Source of the DNA: Octopus sinensis
Lineage: Eukaryota
Assembly (NCBI RefSeq): GCF_006345805.1
Contig: NC_043006.1
Coordinates: 17,174,001 to 17,238,000, forward strand
Length of the DNA stretch: 64,000 nucleotides
Direction: 5' to 3'
Below are positions 62,562-64,000 of this stretch, piece by piece (the stretch's first letter is position 1; every line of letters begins with the position of its first letter). The notes beneath the pieces were generated by a model. That model saw only the letters and a list, made by a program, of their open reading frames with translations, had not been told where the DNA came from and ran no database searches. The position numbers and the translations under genes were made by a program.

Positions 62562-64000
62562 ACAGCCTTTTTTCTATCAAATCGTCTCACAAGACTATGT
62601 AGGCTTAAGGTGCTATGCAATAGGATTGAACCTCGAAACACTTGGTTGGGAAGCAAGTTTCTTAACCACACAGCTATGTCTGAAGATTTAGTTTTTTTTC
62701 TTTTCTTTTTTTCTTTTCTTTTTATTTTAGATATTTTTAATTCTTGTGTGTTTGTGTGTGATTTTTATTTTATATCTTCATTTAATCACTATTTAAGCAT
62801 CATGACCAATATCTAATTAAAAGGTCATTTAGTTAAATGTTAAATACTTTCTCTGTTTCACGTTGGAGGAAGCCAGAGAAACGTAAGTTGTAATTTTGTG
62901 TGATGACATTAACTTGTTCAATGAATAAGTATTGTGAATGAAGTATTCACTCACACCAACAAGGGAACCTTAATGTGGTCAGCCAATATACTAGAAATAA
63001 TAGTAAAATCTCTCACAGATCACACCCTATCATGTTAAATAAGAAAAGGATACATAACATTATTGTACATAACTCCAAAAGCCTGCATCCTGCATTAGAC
63101 ATTACAATGCAAGGAGTACAAAAAGAATTAAATAAGATGGTCACAGCTGGATTGCCTTTTGTCATAGATTTCTTTTAGATAAGCCAAGTCTTCCACAAAT
63201 CATTATCATTGCTTTACTGTCCTCTTTTCCATATTTGCATGGGTCAGATGGACTTCATTGAGGCAGATTTTCTAGGGATGGATGAATTTTATGTTGCCAA
63301 CCCTCACTTCCAAGTAAGGTAATGGTCACTGCCTGGCTGGATATGCTTTCTTCAAAGATTGGAAACGAAGGGCACCACTTGTATGATGGTAATGCTTGCT
63401 TACAGCTACCATGCACAGTCAAGACAACACATAACACACCTTTTTTTTTACCTTCCATATACTCAGAAAACTTTCACCAGTTCGGAACTGTAACAGAAGA
63501 GAGTTGCATAAGGTACCATGCAGTGGGGCTGAACCCAAAGCCATTGGATTGCAAAGCCAAAATCTCAGGCACACACTCACACCTGCACTCCACTATGTTA
63601 AATAAAGAGAGGATACATCAGATAATGCATTCAAAGATATCCTCTAGAAAAAGGTGGAACACACATAGTTTGAAGGCCTTTGATCACAAATCTGCTTAGT
63701 CAGGGTTGAGTTAAGACTTCACAGCAAAGCAATTTGTGTTTGTATATCTAAAACGAAATAATTATATATAATGTATTTAGTTATATAAAGAGGTCTGTCG
63801 CCAGTTCAGTATTTGATCTGCATCAAAAATATGAAAAATGTAAATAGAACACACCTTTTTTAATTAACATAAGGTTTGTAATATTGTCCATTGATTACAT
63901 TAGCAATGGGAGTGTTGTCTTTGATTGACACATCTTAATTAATGCATCTTTTAAAATTAAAGTATTTGTGTAATGGTCAACATTAATTTAGTATCATCAT

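Overview
AT-rich, repeat-dense eukaryotic DNA. The repeat families and microsatellite load look like a coleoid cephalopod, most likely Octopus; this is my recognition, not a database result. I found no intact, recognisable cellular gene. Nearly all ORFs in the supplied track are translations of SINEs, LINE 3' ends or microsatellites. Supported content: four tRNA-headed SINE families in dozens of copies; two 5'-truncated RTE-type LINEs whose ORF2 carries a PHD-like C4HC3 finger after the RT, plus about 20 RTE 3'-end fragments; a full-length but frameshifted IR/DR Tc1 (DD34E) element; TTAA-flanked piggyBac-like MITEs; a Tc1-type MITE; a non-autonomous Helitron and a Helitron Rep fragment; an R4/Dong-like endonuclease fragment; and several Penelope-like element (PLE) remnants (two GIY-YIG fragments, one RT N-terminus). 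The most interesting signal is a set of minimal type-I hammerhead-ribozyme-like motifs in the PLE-type repeats, with non-canonical cores (U3:A8, G3:C8, C4 and U6 variants). Several short segments with good splice sites suggest the window lies in the introns of a large unidentified gene, probably on the + strand (low confidence). Boundaries of old repeats are approximate.
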